Both the position numbers and the translations under genes were made by a program. 64,000 nucleotides of DNA from Elusimicrobiota bacterium (lineage in GTDB: Bacteria; Elusimicrobiota; Elusimicrobia; F11): the NCBI GenBank assembly GCA_044221725.1, contig JBGAON010000001.1:736001-800000 (forward strand), given 5' to 3'. Below the pieces are notes generated by a model that was not told where the DNA came from, searched no databases, and was given only the letters and a program-made list of their open reading frames with translations. Shown here piece by piece: positions 10,452-20,044 of the stretch (its first letter is position 1; each line of letters begins with the position of its first letter).

Positions 10452-11490
10452 AGCGAAGTCATCTCCGAAACCACCCGATAAGAAAGTCGTTCAATCCAAA
10501 GCCTGGTCCATTGTTCGCGAAGCATTAACGTCCGAAGACTCGGCCGTGCGCGAGCAAGCGGTGCAAGCGCTTGAATATGTCCCCAACGAGCAGACCACGA
10601 ACGCACTGCTTTCATCCCTGAAAGACGAAAGCGAATGGGTTCAAATTTGGGCGGCCCGCAGTTTGATCAAGCAGGGAAATCCGGCGGGCAAACAAACGCT
10701 TCTGGCCATTATGCGGTCAAGTGCCGAGATACCGAAAAACACGACCGGTCCGCTGGCGGCTCTCGAAAAGATGAAATCGTTGGCGCGCGGCCGGCTGCGG
10801 GGCGAAGCGACGAAAGTGCTTGGTTTGTTTCATGATTCGGATTTGGTTCCGGTGCTGCGTGATGCAAAGCACGACAACGATGGTCGCGTTCGCGACGGAG
10901 CCGCGGTCGCGTTGGCGCTCATGGGAGATAAATCGGAAGCGGTCGTTTTTGCGAGCGCGCTAAAAGATCAAGATCACGGCGTGCGTCTTGCGGCGCTCGA
11001 AGCGTTGGACGCCATGGGAGACAACCGGTTCGTTGCGCCGATTCAAGTTTTGTTATCCGACTCCGAAGCCGATATTCGCGCGGCGGCGTTGCACGCGCTC
11101 GGCACCATTCGTGCGGTGGAGGCCACCGATTCGATCTCTCCGCTTTTGACCGATGAGAATGGTCGCGTCAGAGAAATGTCCGCGTGGGCGCTCGGTGAAG
11201 TCCGCGCACGAAACAAAATCCCCAATTTAAAAGCATCCATGACCGATCCCAATTCGCTCGTCAAAGTGGCGGCGGCCTCCGCACTGGGCAAGATAGGGGA
11301 CACGTCCGGTTTGCCGGTGCTCGAAGCCGCTCTCAACTCAAACGAAACGGATGCGCGCGCGCGTGCTGCCATGGTCTTGTCCGACATTCCCGATCCAGAA
11401 ATGATAGCACTGGCAGCGAGAACCCTCGGAGATGGTAATATCCGCGTCCGGCTCGGAGCCGCGGTCTCAATTTTAAAATCCAAAATATAA
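10372..11490 (+). CDS. Exported HEAT-repeat protein
   Basis: Basic then hydrophobic N-terminus; recurring L.D....VR..AA.ALG repeats. Confidence 0.8.
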   Translation: MEISEKKKKNSSLVIALSLLFIAAGIEAKSSPKPPDKKVVQSKAWSIVREALTSEDSAVREQAVQALEYVPNEQTTNALLSSLKDESEWVQIWAARSLIKQGNPAGKQTLLAIMRSSAEIPKNTTGPLAALEKMKSLARGRLRGEATKVLGLFHDSDLVPVLRDAKHDNDGRVRDGAAVALALMGDKSEAVVFASALKDQDHGVRLAALEALDAMGDNRFVAPIQVLLSDSEADIRAAALHALGTIRAVEATDSISPLLTDENGRVREMSAWALGEVRARNKIPNLKASMTDPNSLVKVAAASALGKIGDTSGLPVLEAALNSNETDARARAAMVLSDIPDPEMIALAARTLGDGNIRVRLGAAVSILKSKI

Positions 11491-11509
11491 AGGAAGAAAA
11501 GAAACAATT

Positions 11510-11971
11510 ATGAAGCAGGAATTCGTCATCGCCCCCGCGCAGGCGGGGGGCCAGTCACCTTGGTTCCAAAAAGTTTTGCTTTTTCTCGCCGTCTGGATTC
11601 CCGCCTTCGTGGGAATGACGACCACATCGGTGTTCGCCATGGCCGCACGTCCGAATACCGATCCGAACGCGCCGCCACCGCCGGCGTGGGCGCAATGGTT
11701 TCCGATCGTTATCATGGTGGGCGTTTTCTATTTCTTGCTTATTCGGCCTCAGTCGAAACAGCGCAAAGAGCGCGATAACATGATGAACAACTTGAAGAAA
11801 GGCGATCGCATCGTCACCCAGGGCGGACTTATCGCGACCGTGGTTAACGTGTCACCCGATGTTCTCGATATTAAGCTGAACGAAGACGTCAAAGTGAAAA
11901 TTCGTCGGTCCGGCGTCGCAGAAGTATTGCCCGCCGAACCCGCGGTCATCGAACCGACGGTGGTGAAATGA
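11510..11971 (+). CDS. yajC: Preprotein translocase subunit YajC with N-terminal extension
   Basis: FYFLLIRPQ and LKKGDRIVTQGG motifs; upstream of secD. Confidence 0.93.
   Translation: MKQEFVIAPAQAGGQSPWFQKVLLFLAVWIPAFVGMTTTSVFAMAARPNTDPNAPPPPAWAQWFPIVIMVGVFYFLLIRPQSKQRKERDNMMNNLKKGDRIVTQGGLIATVVNVSPDVLDIKLNEDVKVKIRRSGVAEVLPAEPAVIEPTVVK
11524..11620. repeat. RPE/dRS3-like palindromic element, in frame within yajC
   Basis: Inverted arms CGTCATCGCCCCCGCGCAGGCGGGGGGCCAG and CTGGATTCCCGCCTTCGTGGGAATGACG. Confidence 0.8.
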
Positions 11972-13410
11972 ACAGCAAACTCGCTTGGAAGGGCGGCATC
12001 ATCCTAGCCGTCATTCTGTTTTCGATTTTCAAGCTTTATCCCAACTTCGTGTGGTACAGCATGCCGCTTGAAGAGCGCCAGAATCAGTCGAAGCGAAAGA
12101 ACCCATTGGCCCGCGAAGTTGTTCCGTTGGGGCTTGATTTGCAGGGCGGCGTGCGGCTCGTTTATCAACTCGATACGAGCAAATTGCCCGACGAAAGCGA
12201 TGCGACGGTTTCCCGTGCGGTGGAACAAAATATTGTGGTTATCAATAACCGCGTGGACGCGCTCGGCGTCGCCAACCAGACCGTGATCCGTCAGGGTCGG
12301 GAGTTTATTGTTGTGGAATTGCCCGGCGTGTTCGAGAGCGAAGAAGCGAAAAATATTATTGGAAAGACCGCTCTTCTTGAATTCAGAATGGTGAAAGACG
12401 ATGAGTCTCTCGTAAAAATATTGGACGAGATCAACAAAAAGGGCGTCCGACCGGAAGATGTCGTGAACAATCGTCTTCCCGATGAAATCAAAAAAATGAT
12501 TCCGGCTGGACTGGCGCTTCTGCCGCAACGGGAAGGCGGCTATTTGCTCGTCGATGAAAAGCCGGCTCTCACCGGAAAATATTTGAAAGAGGCGCGTGTG
12601 GAGATGGGTGGAAATCGCATGCAGATTGGCGGACTGTCCATTGGGTTCGAGCTCGATGCCGAGGGCGCCAATATGTTTGAAGCCCTTACAAGCTCGCACA
12701 TCAACGACCGGCTTGCGATTGTACTCGACAGCATGATCCAGTCGGCCCCGCGCATTGAGTCTCGAATTCCGGGCGGACGCGGCCAAATCACCGGTAGTTT
12801 CTCTCCTCAAGAAGCAAAGAACCTCGCGAACATCCTTAATTCGGGCAACTTGCAGGCTCCAATGTCGGTAGCGGAAGAACGAACCGTTGGTCCCGAGCTT
12901 GGGGAAGACTCCATTCGCAGCGGTTTCCGCGCGATGGCGGTGGGTTTCATCCTCGTTATCGCCTTTATGTTGGTCTACTACAAATTCTCCGGTTTCTTGG
13001 CCGACATTGCGCTTGTTCTGAATCTTGTGCTTCTCATGGCGATCATGGGGTCGATTAAGGCGACCATGACGATGCCCGGCATCGCCGGTATTTTGCTGTC
13101 GCTCGCGATGGCCGTTGATGCGAACGTGATCATTCTCGAGCGCGTGCGGGAAGAGTTGCGCAAAGGAAAAGACGTCAAATTTGCGATTGAAGAAGGTTAC
13201 TCGAAAGCGTTCACGGCTATCTTCGACGGACACGTGACGAGCATTCTCGCGGCGGCATTCCTATTTCAGTTTGGAACCGGCCCCGTTAAGGGATTTGGTG
13301 TGACGCTGATGATTGGTCTCATTATTTCACTGGCGACCGCCGTTTGGGTAACAAAATATTTCTACGAACTTTGGTTCGCCATGGCGCGACCAAAAACTTT
13401 GAGCGTTTAG
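11968..13410 (+). CDS. secD: Protein translocase subunit SecD
   Basis: LGLDLQGG, VGPELG and AVDANVIILERVREE motifs. Confidence 0.96.
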   Translation: MNSKLAWKGGIILAVILFSIFKLYPNFVWYSMPLEERQNQSKRKNPLAREVVPLGLDLQGGVRLVYQLDTSKLPDESDATVSRAVEQNIVVINNRVDALGVANQTVIRQGREFIVVELPGVFESEEAKNIIGKTALLEFRMVKDDESLVKILDEINKKGVRPEDVVNNRLPDEIKKMIPAGLALLPQREGGYLLVDEKPALTGKYLKEARVEMGGNRMQIGGLSIGFELDAEGANMFEALTSSHINDRLAIVLDSMIQSAPRIESRIPGGRGQITGSFSPQEAKNLANILNSGNLQAPMSVAEERTVGPELGEDSIRSGFRAMAVGFILVIAFMLVYYKFSGFLADIALVLNLVLLMAIMGSIKATMTMPGIAGILLSLAMAVDANVIILERVREELRKGKDVKFAIEEGYSKAFTAIFDGHVTSILAAAFLFQFGTGPVKGFGVTLMIGLIISLATAVWVTKYFYELWFAMARPKTLSV

Positions 13411-13436
13411 CTCCCAATAAAGGAAAACCATCGAAC

Positions 13437-14342
13437 ATGGAATTTTTTCACGGAACAAACATCGATTTCATCGGTAAGCGTCACTACTATTTTGGGGTGA
13501 CCATCTTGCTTGCGCTCGTCGGCGTTTTCGCGTTCGTTAAGAATCGGGGACCGGTTATGGGCCTTGAGTTTACTGGCGGCACATTGCTGCAAGTCGGCTT
13601 CAAAGAGCTTCCTCCGATCGATCAAGTGCGAGCGGATTTAAGCAAAGAAGGTTGGAAAAGCTTCAGTCTTCAAACCCAGCCAACAAGCCAAAGCCTTATT
13701 GTGAAGATCAAAGGTGATGAGAAACCAAAAGACGACATTGCCTATGAATTGTTGAAGACGCTCAAGAAGTTTTATCCGGACAATGTGAAGCCGGTTGTGG
13801 ACCGCGTTGAATTCATTGGTCCTGTCGTCGGACGCCAGCTCATCTTCAACACCTACATGGCGATTGTTCTGTCGCTCATCGTGATTCTCATTTACGTGGC
13901 GTTCCGGTTCAAAAAGTTTATTTGGGGAACGGCCGGCGTTATCGCGCTCGCTCATGACGTTTTTCTTACTTGGGGTCTTCTCACGTTGCTGAATCGTGAA
14001 ACCACGCTGGTTATTGTCGCCGCGCTGTTGACGCTGGCCGGTTACTCGATTAACGACACCATCGTGATTTTTGATCGTGTTCGCGAAGATCTCCGAGCGG
14101 CGCGCAAAGAGTCGACGTTTGATCTCTACAACCGCGCACTGAACGAAACACTGGGCCGGACGATCAACACGTCGTTAACGGCGTTTATTGCCTCGTTGAC
14201 GCTGTTTTTCCTCGGCGGCGAAGTAATTCATGATTTCGCGCTCGCGATGAGTGTTGGTATTTTGTTGGGAACGTATTCGAGTATTGGCGTGGCGTTGTCT
14301 CTTGTGTACGAGATTGAATCGAGGCAACAGAAGAAAAGATGA
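13437..14342 (+). CDS. secF: Protein translocase subunit SecF
   Basis: GLEFTGG and GYSINDTIVIFDRVRE motifs; ATG at 13437 follows AAGGA. Confidence 0.95.
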   Translation: MEFFHGTNIDFIGKRHYYFGVTILLALVGVFAFVKNRGPVMGLEFTGGTLLQVGFKELPPIDQVRADLSKEGWKSFSLQTQPTSQSLIVKIKGDEKPKDDIAYELLKTLKKFYPDNVKPVVDRVEFIGPVVGRQLIFNTYMAIVLSLIVILIYVAFRFKKFIWGTAGVIALAHDVFLTWGLLTLLNRETTLVIVAALLTLAGYSINDTIVIFDRVREDLRAARKESTFDLYNRALNETLGRTINTSLTAFIASLTLFFLGGEVIHDFALAMSVGILLGTYSSIGVALSLVYEIESRQQKKR

Positions 14343-14953
14343 AAGTAAAAAAGTTTCGTCTCCGTCCACGACTCCCCAGCGTGGGAAAGAATTTAAAAGC
14401 CATTATGGGCATCAAACAATTGCCCATTGAGCTTGAACAATCACTGATTCAAGAATGCGAACCTTTTCTGTCGCATGTGTTGCCCACCGCGTTCTATCAG
14501 ACGTGGTCGCAAGATGAAATTCCGGTTACGTTCCGACCGATCTTGGATGCCGCCGGTCTCGGTAAAGCGATTGCGGTGAGTGCCGCCGTTGCCACCATCG
14601 GATCCGACATTGAAGACGTGATTTCACAGCGATTGATGAACGGGGAGACGCAGCGGTCTCAAGTTCTGACGGCGTTCAGCGAGGAAGCGGCCGAACTTTC
14701 CCTGCAATTTTTGTTGCGTCTGTTGGCCGATGACGCGAAGAGCGACGATTGCGATTTGGCGGAGACCTTACCGATCACCGATCCGGCCATAATGTCGGAA
14801 ACATTGGCGTTGCTCGAAGCGCACCAAGAGGGCGTGGTGCTGGATAACGCTCAACATCTGACGCCGCGTTTCACGCGGATTGCGCTGATTGCATGGTGGC
14901 CAATCTCGAAGAAAAAACGTTCCACGCCCGCCGCGAAGAAAAAAATCGCCTGA
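14339..14953 (+). CDS. Hypothetical protein weakly resembling the methionine synthase activation domain
   Basis: Coupled to both neighbours; AVATIG...NGE...LTAFSEEAAE and GVVL...LTP patterns. Confidence 0.5.
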   Translation: MKVKKFRLRPRLPSVGKNLKAIMGIKQLPIELEQSLIQECEPFLSHVLPTAFYQTWSQDEIPVTFRPILDAAGLGKAIAVSAAVATIGSDIEDVISQRLMNGETQRSQVLTAFSEEAAELSLQFLLRLLADDAKSDDCDLAETLPITDPAIMSETLALLEAHQEGVVLDNAQHLTPRFTRIALIAWWPISKKKRSTPAAKKKIA

Positions 14954-16917
14954 AGTCGTCTTCGCTTTCCACCGTTTCCTGGTCGCATGTGCTCGCGGGT
15001 TTTGTGGGCGCGGGCTATTTGCACCTTGTGGGGAAAACCTCCGCGCTTTATCAATTTGATCATCCCCAGTTCCTTTCCTATCGCCGGGAAAAGAAGCCCG
15101 TCATTTACGCGTTCTGGCACAACGCACAAGTGTTTTTGGCGTACGCTCACCGCGATGAGAATGTGAATATCCTTGTGAGCAAGAGCAAAGACGGCGAATA
15201 CATTGCCCAAGTTATGAAGCGTTTGGGCCTGAACGCGGTGCGCGGTTCTTCGAGTCGCGGCGCCGAACAGGCGCTGCGCGAAATGTGCGACCGGGTTTCG
15301 GACGGGGAGCAAGTGGGGTTCACGCCCGACGGCCCCCGCGGGCCGGTGCAAACCGTTCAAGGTGGGGCCATCATGGCCGCCCAATTGTCGGGCGCACCCA
15401 TTGTGCCGGTGACCTACGTGTCACGTCGGCGTATTGTATTCAACAGTTGGGACAAGTTCGTGCTGCCGCTGCCGTTTTCGTCCATCGTGACGGCGCACGG
15501 CAAACCGCTTTTTATCGATAAGGACACGCCAATCGATCAAGCCAAAGAAAAAGTACGCACCGCGCTAAACGATGTGGTCGAGCAAGCCGAGCAGATTCTT
15601 GACCGGGCACCATCGTGGGGAACGCATTTGTTCGCGTGGACGCTCAAACAGCTTTATTCGATTCTTTCCGCGGTGCTACTGCCATTGGTCTTTCCGATGT
15701 TGGTGTTTCGTCATGGCGCGAAACGATCCCTGACGTTTATGCGAGAGCGTTTTCAGTTGAAAATCGATATTGATCCGGGGACGCGTGCCGTCTGGTTGCA
15801 TGCGGCGTCGGTTGGAGAATGGCAGGCTCTCAAGCCCGTTCTCAATCGGCTGAAATCCATGAACAAGTTGAAATTTGTGATCACGGTCAGCACGCCCGAA
15901 GCGCGCGTGATAGTCGCGCGTGAGGAGCCATCCGCTATTGTGCGGCTTGCGCCGGTGGATATCGGTTTTGTGGTAAATGCTTTTATCGAAAAGCTGCGGC
16001 CAGCGATTGTTGGAATTGTGGAAACAGAGTTATGGCCGAACATGTTGCTTCGGCTCCGAGAAAAAAATGTGGCGGTCGTTCTCATTAACGGGCGCCTCTC
16101 AAAAAGAAGTTTTCGTCACTGGAATGTTTTTCGGCCGTTCGCGGAATATCTTCTCGGTTCGTTCGCGTCTTTTTTTGCGCGTACCGATTTGGACGGGCGG
16201 CACTACGTGCAACTTGGAGCACCGTTGTCGCGCATGACGGTGAGCGGTAACACGAAAATGGATAATTTGACGGTGCGCATGCCGTCCGCCGACAGTGACC
16301 GAGAAAAACAGGCGGATAGGATCGCCCGGTTTGGCTCCGCGGATGGAATACTGCTGGTGGCCGCGAGCACGTGGGATGGAGAAGAAGAAGCCATCCTCGA
16401 AATGTTTAATGTGAAGGAGCGCCCCAATTTCCGCGTGATCATCGCTCCGCGACGCGCGAATCGGTTCGAAGCGGTACGCAAATTGCTCGAGAAGTATCCG
16501 ATCTCGTGGTCGTTGTGGAGCAACGTAAAAGAGACGAATCGATGGGACACCGATATTTTGCTTGTCGACACGTTGGGGGACTTGAAAGAATTGGTTCGCG
16601 CGGCCGATATTTGTTTTGTGGGCGGGAGTCTGATTCCGCACGGGGGGCAAAATCCTTTGGAAGCGGCCGCCGCAGGAATTCCCGTGCTGTTTGGTCCGTC
16701 GATGGAAAATTTTCACGAAGAGGCTGCTGAGCTTAAACGCCAAAACGCGGCACGGCAGCTGCGGAACACAGCGGATCTGCACGCGGACATTCGCGAGCTT
16801 GCCGCCGACGCCGGTCTCAGACAAACGATGGGTGCCGCGGGTGCCCGTTACGTGGCATCAAAGCAAGGAGCGTCCGAAATAACGGCGGCCGCCATCGCCG
16901 ACATTTTAAAAATATGA
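14950..16917 (+). CDS. waaA: DUF374 (LpxJ-like acyltransferase) fused to Kdo transferase
   Basis: N-half FWHN, SKSKDGE, VRGSSSRG, TPDGPRGP; C-half WLHAASVGE, ETELWPN, GGQNPLEAA; start uncertain (CTG at 14950 overlaps the upstream TGA). Confidence 0.88.
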   Translation: MKSSSLSTVSWSHVLAGFVGAGYLHLVGKTSALYQFDHPQFLSYRREKKPVIYAFWHNAQVFLAYAHRDENVNILVSKSKDGEYIAQVMKRLGLNAVRGSSSRGAEQALREMCDRVSDGEQVGFTPDGPRGPVQTVQGGAIMAAQLSGAPIVPVTYVSRRRIVFNSWDKFVLPLPFSSIVTAHGKPLFIDKDTPIDQAKEKVRTALNDVVEQAEQILDRAPSWGTHLFAWTLKQLYSILSAVLLPLVFPMLVFRHGAKRSLTFMRERFQLKIDIDPGTRAVWLHAASVGEWQALKPVLNRLKSMNKLKFVITVSTPEARVIVAREEPSAIVRLAPVDIGFVVNAFIEKLRPAIVGIVETELWPNMLLRLREKNVAVVLINGRLSKRSFRHWNVFRPFAEYLLGSFASFFARTDLDGRHYVQLGAPLSRMTVSGNTKMDNLTVRMPSADSDREKQADRIARFGSADGILLVAASTWDGEEEAILEMFNVKERPNFRVIIAPRRANRFEAVRKLLEKYPISWSLWSNVKETNRWDTDILLVDTLGDLKELVRAADICFVGGSLIPHGGQNPLEAAAAGIPVLFGPSMENFHEEAAELKRQNAARQLRNTADLHADIRELAADAGLRQTMGAAGARYVASKQGASEITAAAIADILKI

Positions 16918-17939
16918 AAATCCTGGTGATTCGTTTCTCAAGTCTCGGAGACGTCGTGCTTTCAACGGCGATCCTTCCGAATCTGCGCGCGCGCTGGCCG
17001 GAGGCGGAAATCTCGGTACTTACGAAGGTTGCGTTCGCGGCCGTGTTCGACAACAATCCGTTTGTTAATTACGTGCGCGTCTTCGATCCGGAGAAACAAA
17101 GTTTTTCGAGACTCGCTGCTGAAATCCGTGATGAACATTTTGACATCATTATTGATTTGCACGCGAATCCGCGTTCGTGGTTTGTTCGGCTTCTGGCCGG
17201 CGCGCCGCTCACGGTCACCGTGGAAAAAGCAACGCTCGCGCGCTACACGGCGCTTTATTTCAAGCGAACGCCTCGATCATTATCGCGGTCGGTGCGCGAA
17301 CGAATTCTCGATTGTCTAAAGCCGCTGGATGTTCCTGTTGTAAATACCGAAACGCAACTGTTTCCAAAGAACGCGAACGAAATATTGGCCACGCACGGGA
17401 TTGGCCCACACACAAAACTCATCGGCGTTGCCCCTGGCGCGAAACATCCAACGAAACGCTGGTCCGCCGAAAGGTTTGCGGATTCGGCAAACCGGTTGGG
17501 CGCTTTTCCGAACTCCATGGTCATCCTTCTTGGAGACAAGGCCGATCGGTCCGTGGCGGATCGTGTTTCGAGCCTCGTGAAAATTCCGTGCAAAAATTTG
17601 GCCGGTTGGACGAGTCTAAGCGAAATGATCGCGATCGTTTCGCGGATGTCTCTTCTGCTCACAAACGATTCGGGCATCATGCATATTGGCGAAGCGCTAA
17701 AGATCCCTCTCGTGGCAATTTTTGGTCCCACGATCCGTCAATTCGGCTTTGCGCCGTATCGAAAAACGTCGCGCGTGGCCGAGGTTGTAAACCTTAGCTG
17801 CCGTCCGTGCACGCTGCATGGTGACGAACGCTGCCCGCTCGGACACCATCGCTGCATGAAGGAAGTGGACGTGAATGCGGTTTTGTACGTGGCGTCGTCG
17901 CTGCTCGAAGATCAAGGGTTGCTCGGCGAGACACCATGA
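16914..17939 (+). CDS. GT9 lipopolysaccharide heptosyltransferase
   Basis: ILVIRFSSLGDVVL, APGAKHPTKRW, TNDSGIMH and IFGPT motifs. Confidence 0.9.
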   Translation: MKILVIRFSSLGDVVLSTAILPNLRARWPEAEISVLTKVAFAAVFDNNPFVNYVRVFDPEKQSFSRLAAEIRDEHFDIIIDLHANPRSWFVRLLAGAPLTVTVEKATLARYTALYFKRTPRSLSRSVRERILDCLKPLDVPVVNTETQLFPKNANEILATHGIGPHTKLIGVAPGAKHPTKRWSAERFADSANRLGAFPNSMVILLGDKADRSVADRVSSLVKIPCKNLAGWTSLSEMIAIVSRMSLLLTNDSGIMHIGEALKIPLVAIFGPTIRQFGFAPYRKTSRVAEVVNLSCRPCTLHGDERCPLGHHRCMKEVDVNAVLYVASSLLEDQGLLGETP

Positions 17940-18973
17940 GAATTCTCCATCTGTTGGATGAGCGTTGGGATTCGGGCCTTACGGCGTACGCGTTACAAAT
18001 TGCAGCGTTGCTGCAAAAGTCGGGTCACGCCGTCGCTGTCGGCGTGTTGGCCGGAAGGAAGCCCGAGACGTTGGCAAAGTCGCTCGGGCTCGACACGCGT
18101 CCGGTCGACTCGCTTTTTGATCTTCGCAAACTAATTCGAAACGGTAGCTGGGACGCTATTAACGTGCACACGGGACGCATGCATTCGTGGGCGCTTGTAT
18201 TCAAACCGTCGCATGTGCCGGTTGTACGGACGCGTGGGGATGCGCGGCCCGTGAAAGCCAATTTGGTTTCGCGTTTTGTTTATCGGCGCACAGCGGCGGT
18301 GATTGCGGCGTCGGCGCATATCGCCGGGTATTACGAGGAAGATTTTGGTTTGTCCGAAAATAAGTTGCACGTGATCTATCCGTCGGTGGCCGTGCCAGAG
18401 AATTGGGAAGCGCCGCCGGCGGATCGGGTGGGAATTCTCGGTCGACTGGATCCGGTGAAGGGGCACGCCTATTTCCTCGAAGCGGTGGTTGATATTTTAA
18501 AAGAACGTCCGCAGACAAAATTTTTCATCGCAGGCAAGGAAGCCAATATTCGTTACGAATTGTTGGCGAACCAAATGCGCGAACTCGGGATTCAAGATGC
18601 GGTTTCGTACGTTGGTTTTCAGCCGTCCGCGCTACAATTCATGAAAAGTTGTTCGGTCGGCGTGATTGCGTCCATTGGCAGCGAAGAAATTTCACGCGCG
18701 TGCCTGGAGTGGATGGCCGCGGGCCGGCCGGTGGTGGGCACGCTCGTCGGTTGTTTGCCCGAACTGGTGGAACCAACCGAGACCGGATTCCTGGTTGCGC
18801 CGGGTGACGGGTTGGCCATGGGCGATGCGATCCTCAAACTTCTGCGCGACACGAACGTGGCCCATTCGTTCGGAAAAAATGCGCAGGCTCTCGCCCGGAA
18901 AAAATTTGGTACCGACGCTGAGTTGAAAAACACGCTTGCCGTGTACGAAAAAGTTGCGAATCGCTCACGTTGA
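17936..18973 (+). CDS. GT4 glycosyltransferase
   Basis: GRLDPVKG and EEISRACLEWMAAGRPVV motifs. Confidence 0.88.
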   Translation: MRILHLLDERWDSGLTAYALQIAALLQKSGHAVAVGVLAGRKPETLAKSLGLDTRPVDSLFDLRKLIRNGSWDAINVHTGRMHSWALVFKPSHVPVVRTRGDARPVKANLVSRFVYRRTAAVIAASAHIAGYYEEDFGLSENKLHVIYPSVAVPENWEAPPADRVGILGRLDPVKGHAYFLEAVVDILKERPQTKFFIAGKEANIRYELLANQMRELGIQDAVSYVGFQPSALQFMKSCSVGVIASIGSEEISRACLEWMAAGRPVVGTLVGCLPELVEPTETGFLVAPGDGLAMGDAILKLLRDTNVAHSFGKNAQALARKKFGTDAELKNTLAVYEKVANRSR

Positions 18974-20036
18974 TACCGAGCGCACGTGGCGCGGAGGGGA
19001 ACAACAGGTCTTCTCGCTGATTCAAGGATTAAAGAAGCGTGGATACGATAATCTCATCGTTGCGCGCCGCGGTAGCGAACTCGCCCAGCGCGCAAAATCC
19101 TTGGCGCCCGTCATGGAAGTGCGGCCCGTCGGAGAATGGGATTTTGTGACAGCGCACTTCGTAAACCGGCGCTTCAAGAAAGAAAGAGTCGACATTGTTC
19201 ACGCGCACACGAGTCATGGTGCCGCTCTTGCTGCGTTGTCAACGCTGGGAACAAACATTCCCGTTGTGGTAACGCGGCGAGTTGATTTTCATTTATCGAG
19301 AAACGTTTTCTCGCGTTGGAAATACAACCGGGCGACCCGCATCGTGGCGATCTCACAAGGAGTCAAACGGATTCTTGTGGAAGACGGTGTTCCAAACGAG
19401 AAAATTTCGGTTGTGCCGAGCGGTGTCGATTTCAACCGCTACACATCGGTTCGCGCGCTTACGAAACAGGATTTGGGAATTCCGAGCGCTGCGCCGCTCG
19501 TTGGCCAAGTGGCCGCGCTCGCTCCGCACAAAGATCAACGAACCCTGCTCGCCGCCATCGCGCTCCTGCGAAAGGCCCTCCCGAACGTAAGGCTCGCGAT
19601 AGTCGGTGAAGGTCCGTGCCGTGCCGATCTTGAAAAGGAAATCATCCGGCTCGAACTTCAAAATACCGTTCAGCTTCTTGGCTTTCGCGAAAACCCACTG
19701 GACTTTATTCCAGCGTTCGATGTTTTTTGCCTTTCTTCCAATGAAGAGGGATTGGGAACCTCGCTTTTGGACGCAATGGCGCTGCGTGTTCCCGTGGTTG
19801 CAACCGCGGTTGGCGGAATTCCAGAGCTCATCGAACACGAAAAAACGGGTCTTTTGGCCCGTCCGGAAGACCCGGAAGCGCTGGCAGAGATGCTATCCCG
19901 CTGTCTTGCTGGGGGGGCCGACCGGCCCGTGATGGTGGCTCGGGCGGCCGAAAAGGCGAAAAATTTCGATATTTTAGGTACCGTTGTGCGCATGGACGAC
20001 ATTTATCAACAATTATCCACAGGGTTATCCACATAA
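18954..20036 (+). CDS. GT4 glycosyltransferase
   Basis: TWRGGEQQV and EGLGTSLLDAMALRVPVV motifs; TTG start inferred. Confidence 0.88.
   Translation: MRIAHVDTERTWRGGEQQVFSLIQGLKKRGYDNLIVARRGSELAQRAKSLAPVMEVRPVGEWDFVTAHFVNRRFKKERVDIVHAHTSHGAALAALSTLGTNIPVVVTRRVDFHLSRNVFSRWKYNRATRIVAISQGVKRILVEDGVPNEKISVVPSGVDFNRYTSVRALTKQDLGIPSAAPLVGQVAALAPHKDQRTLLAAIALLRKALPNVRLAIVGEGPCRADLEKEIIRLELQNTVQLLGFRENPLDFIPAFDVFCLSSNEEGLGTSLLDAMALRVPVVATAVGGIPELIEHEKTGLLARPEDPEALAEMLSRCLAGGADRPVMVARAAEKAKNFDILGTVVRMDDIYQQLSTGLST
20003..20033 (+). promoter_or_regulatory. Cluster of three co-oriented DnaA boxes
   Basis: TTATCAACA (20003), TTATCCACA (20013) and TTATCCACA (20025). Confidence 0.6.
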
Positions 20037-20044
20037 CTCACAAA

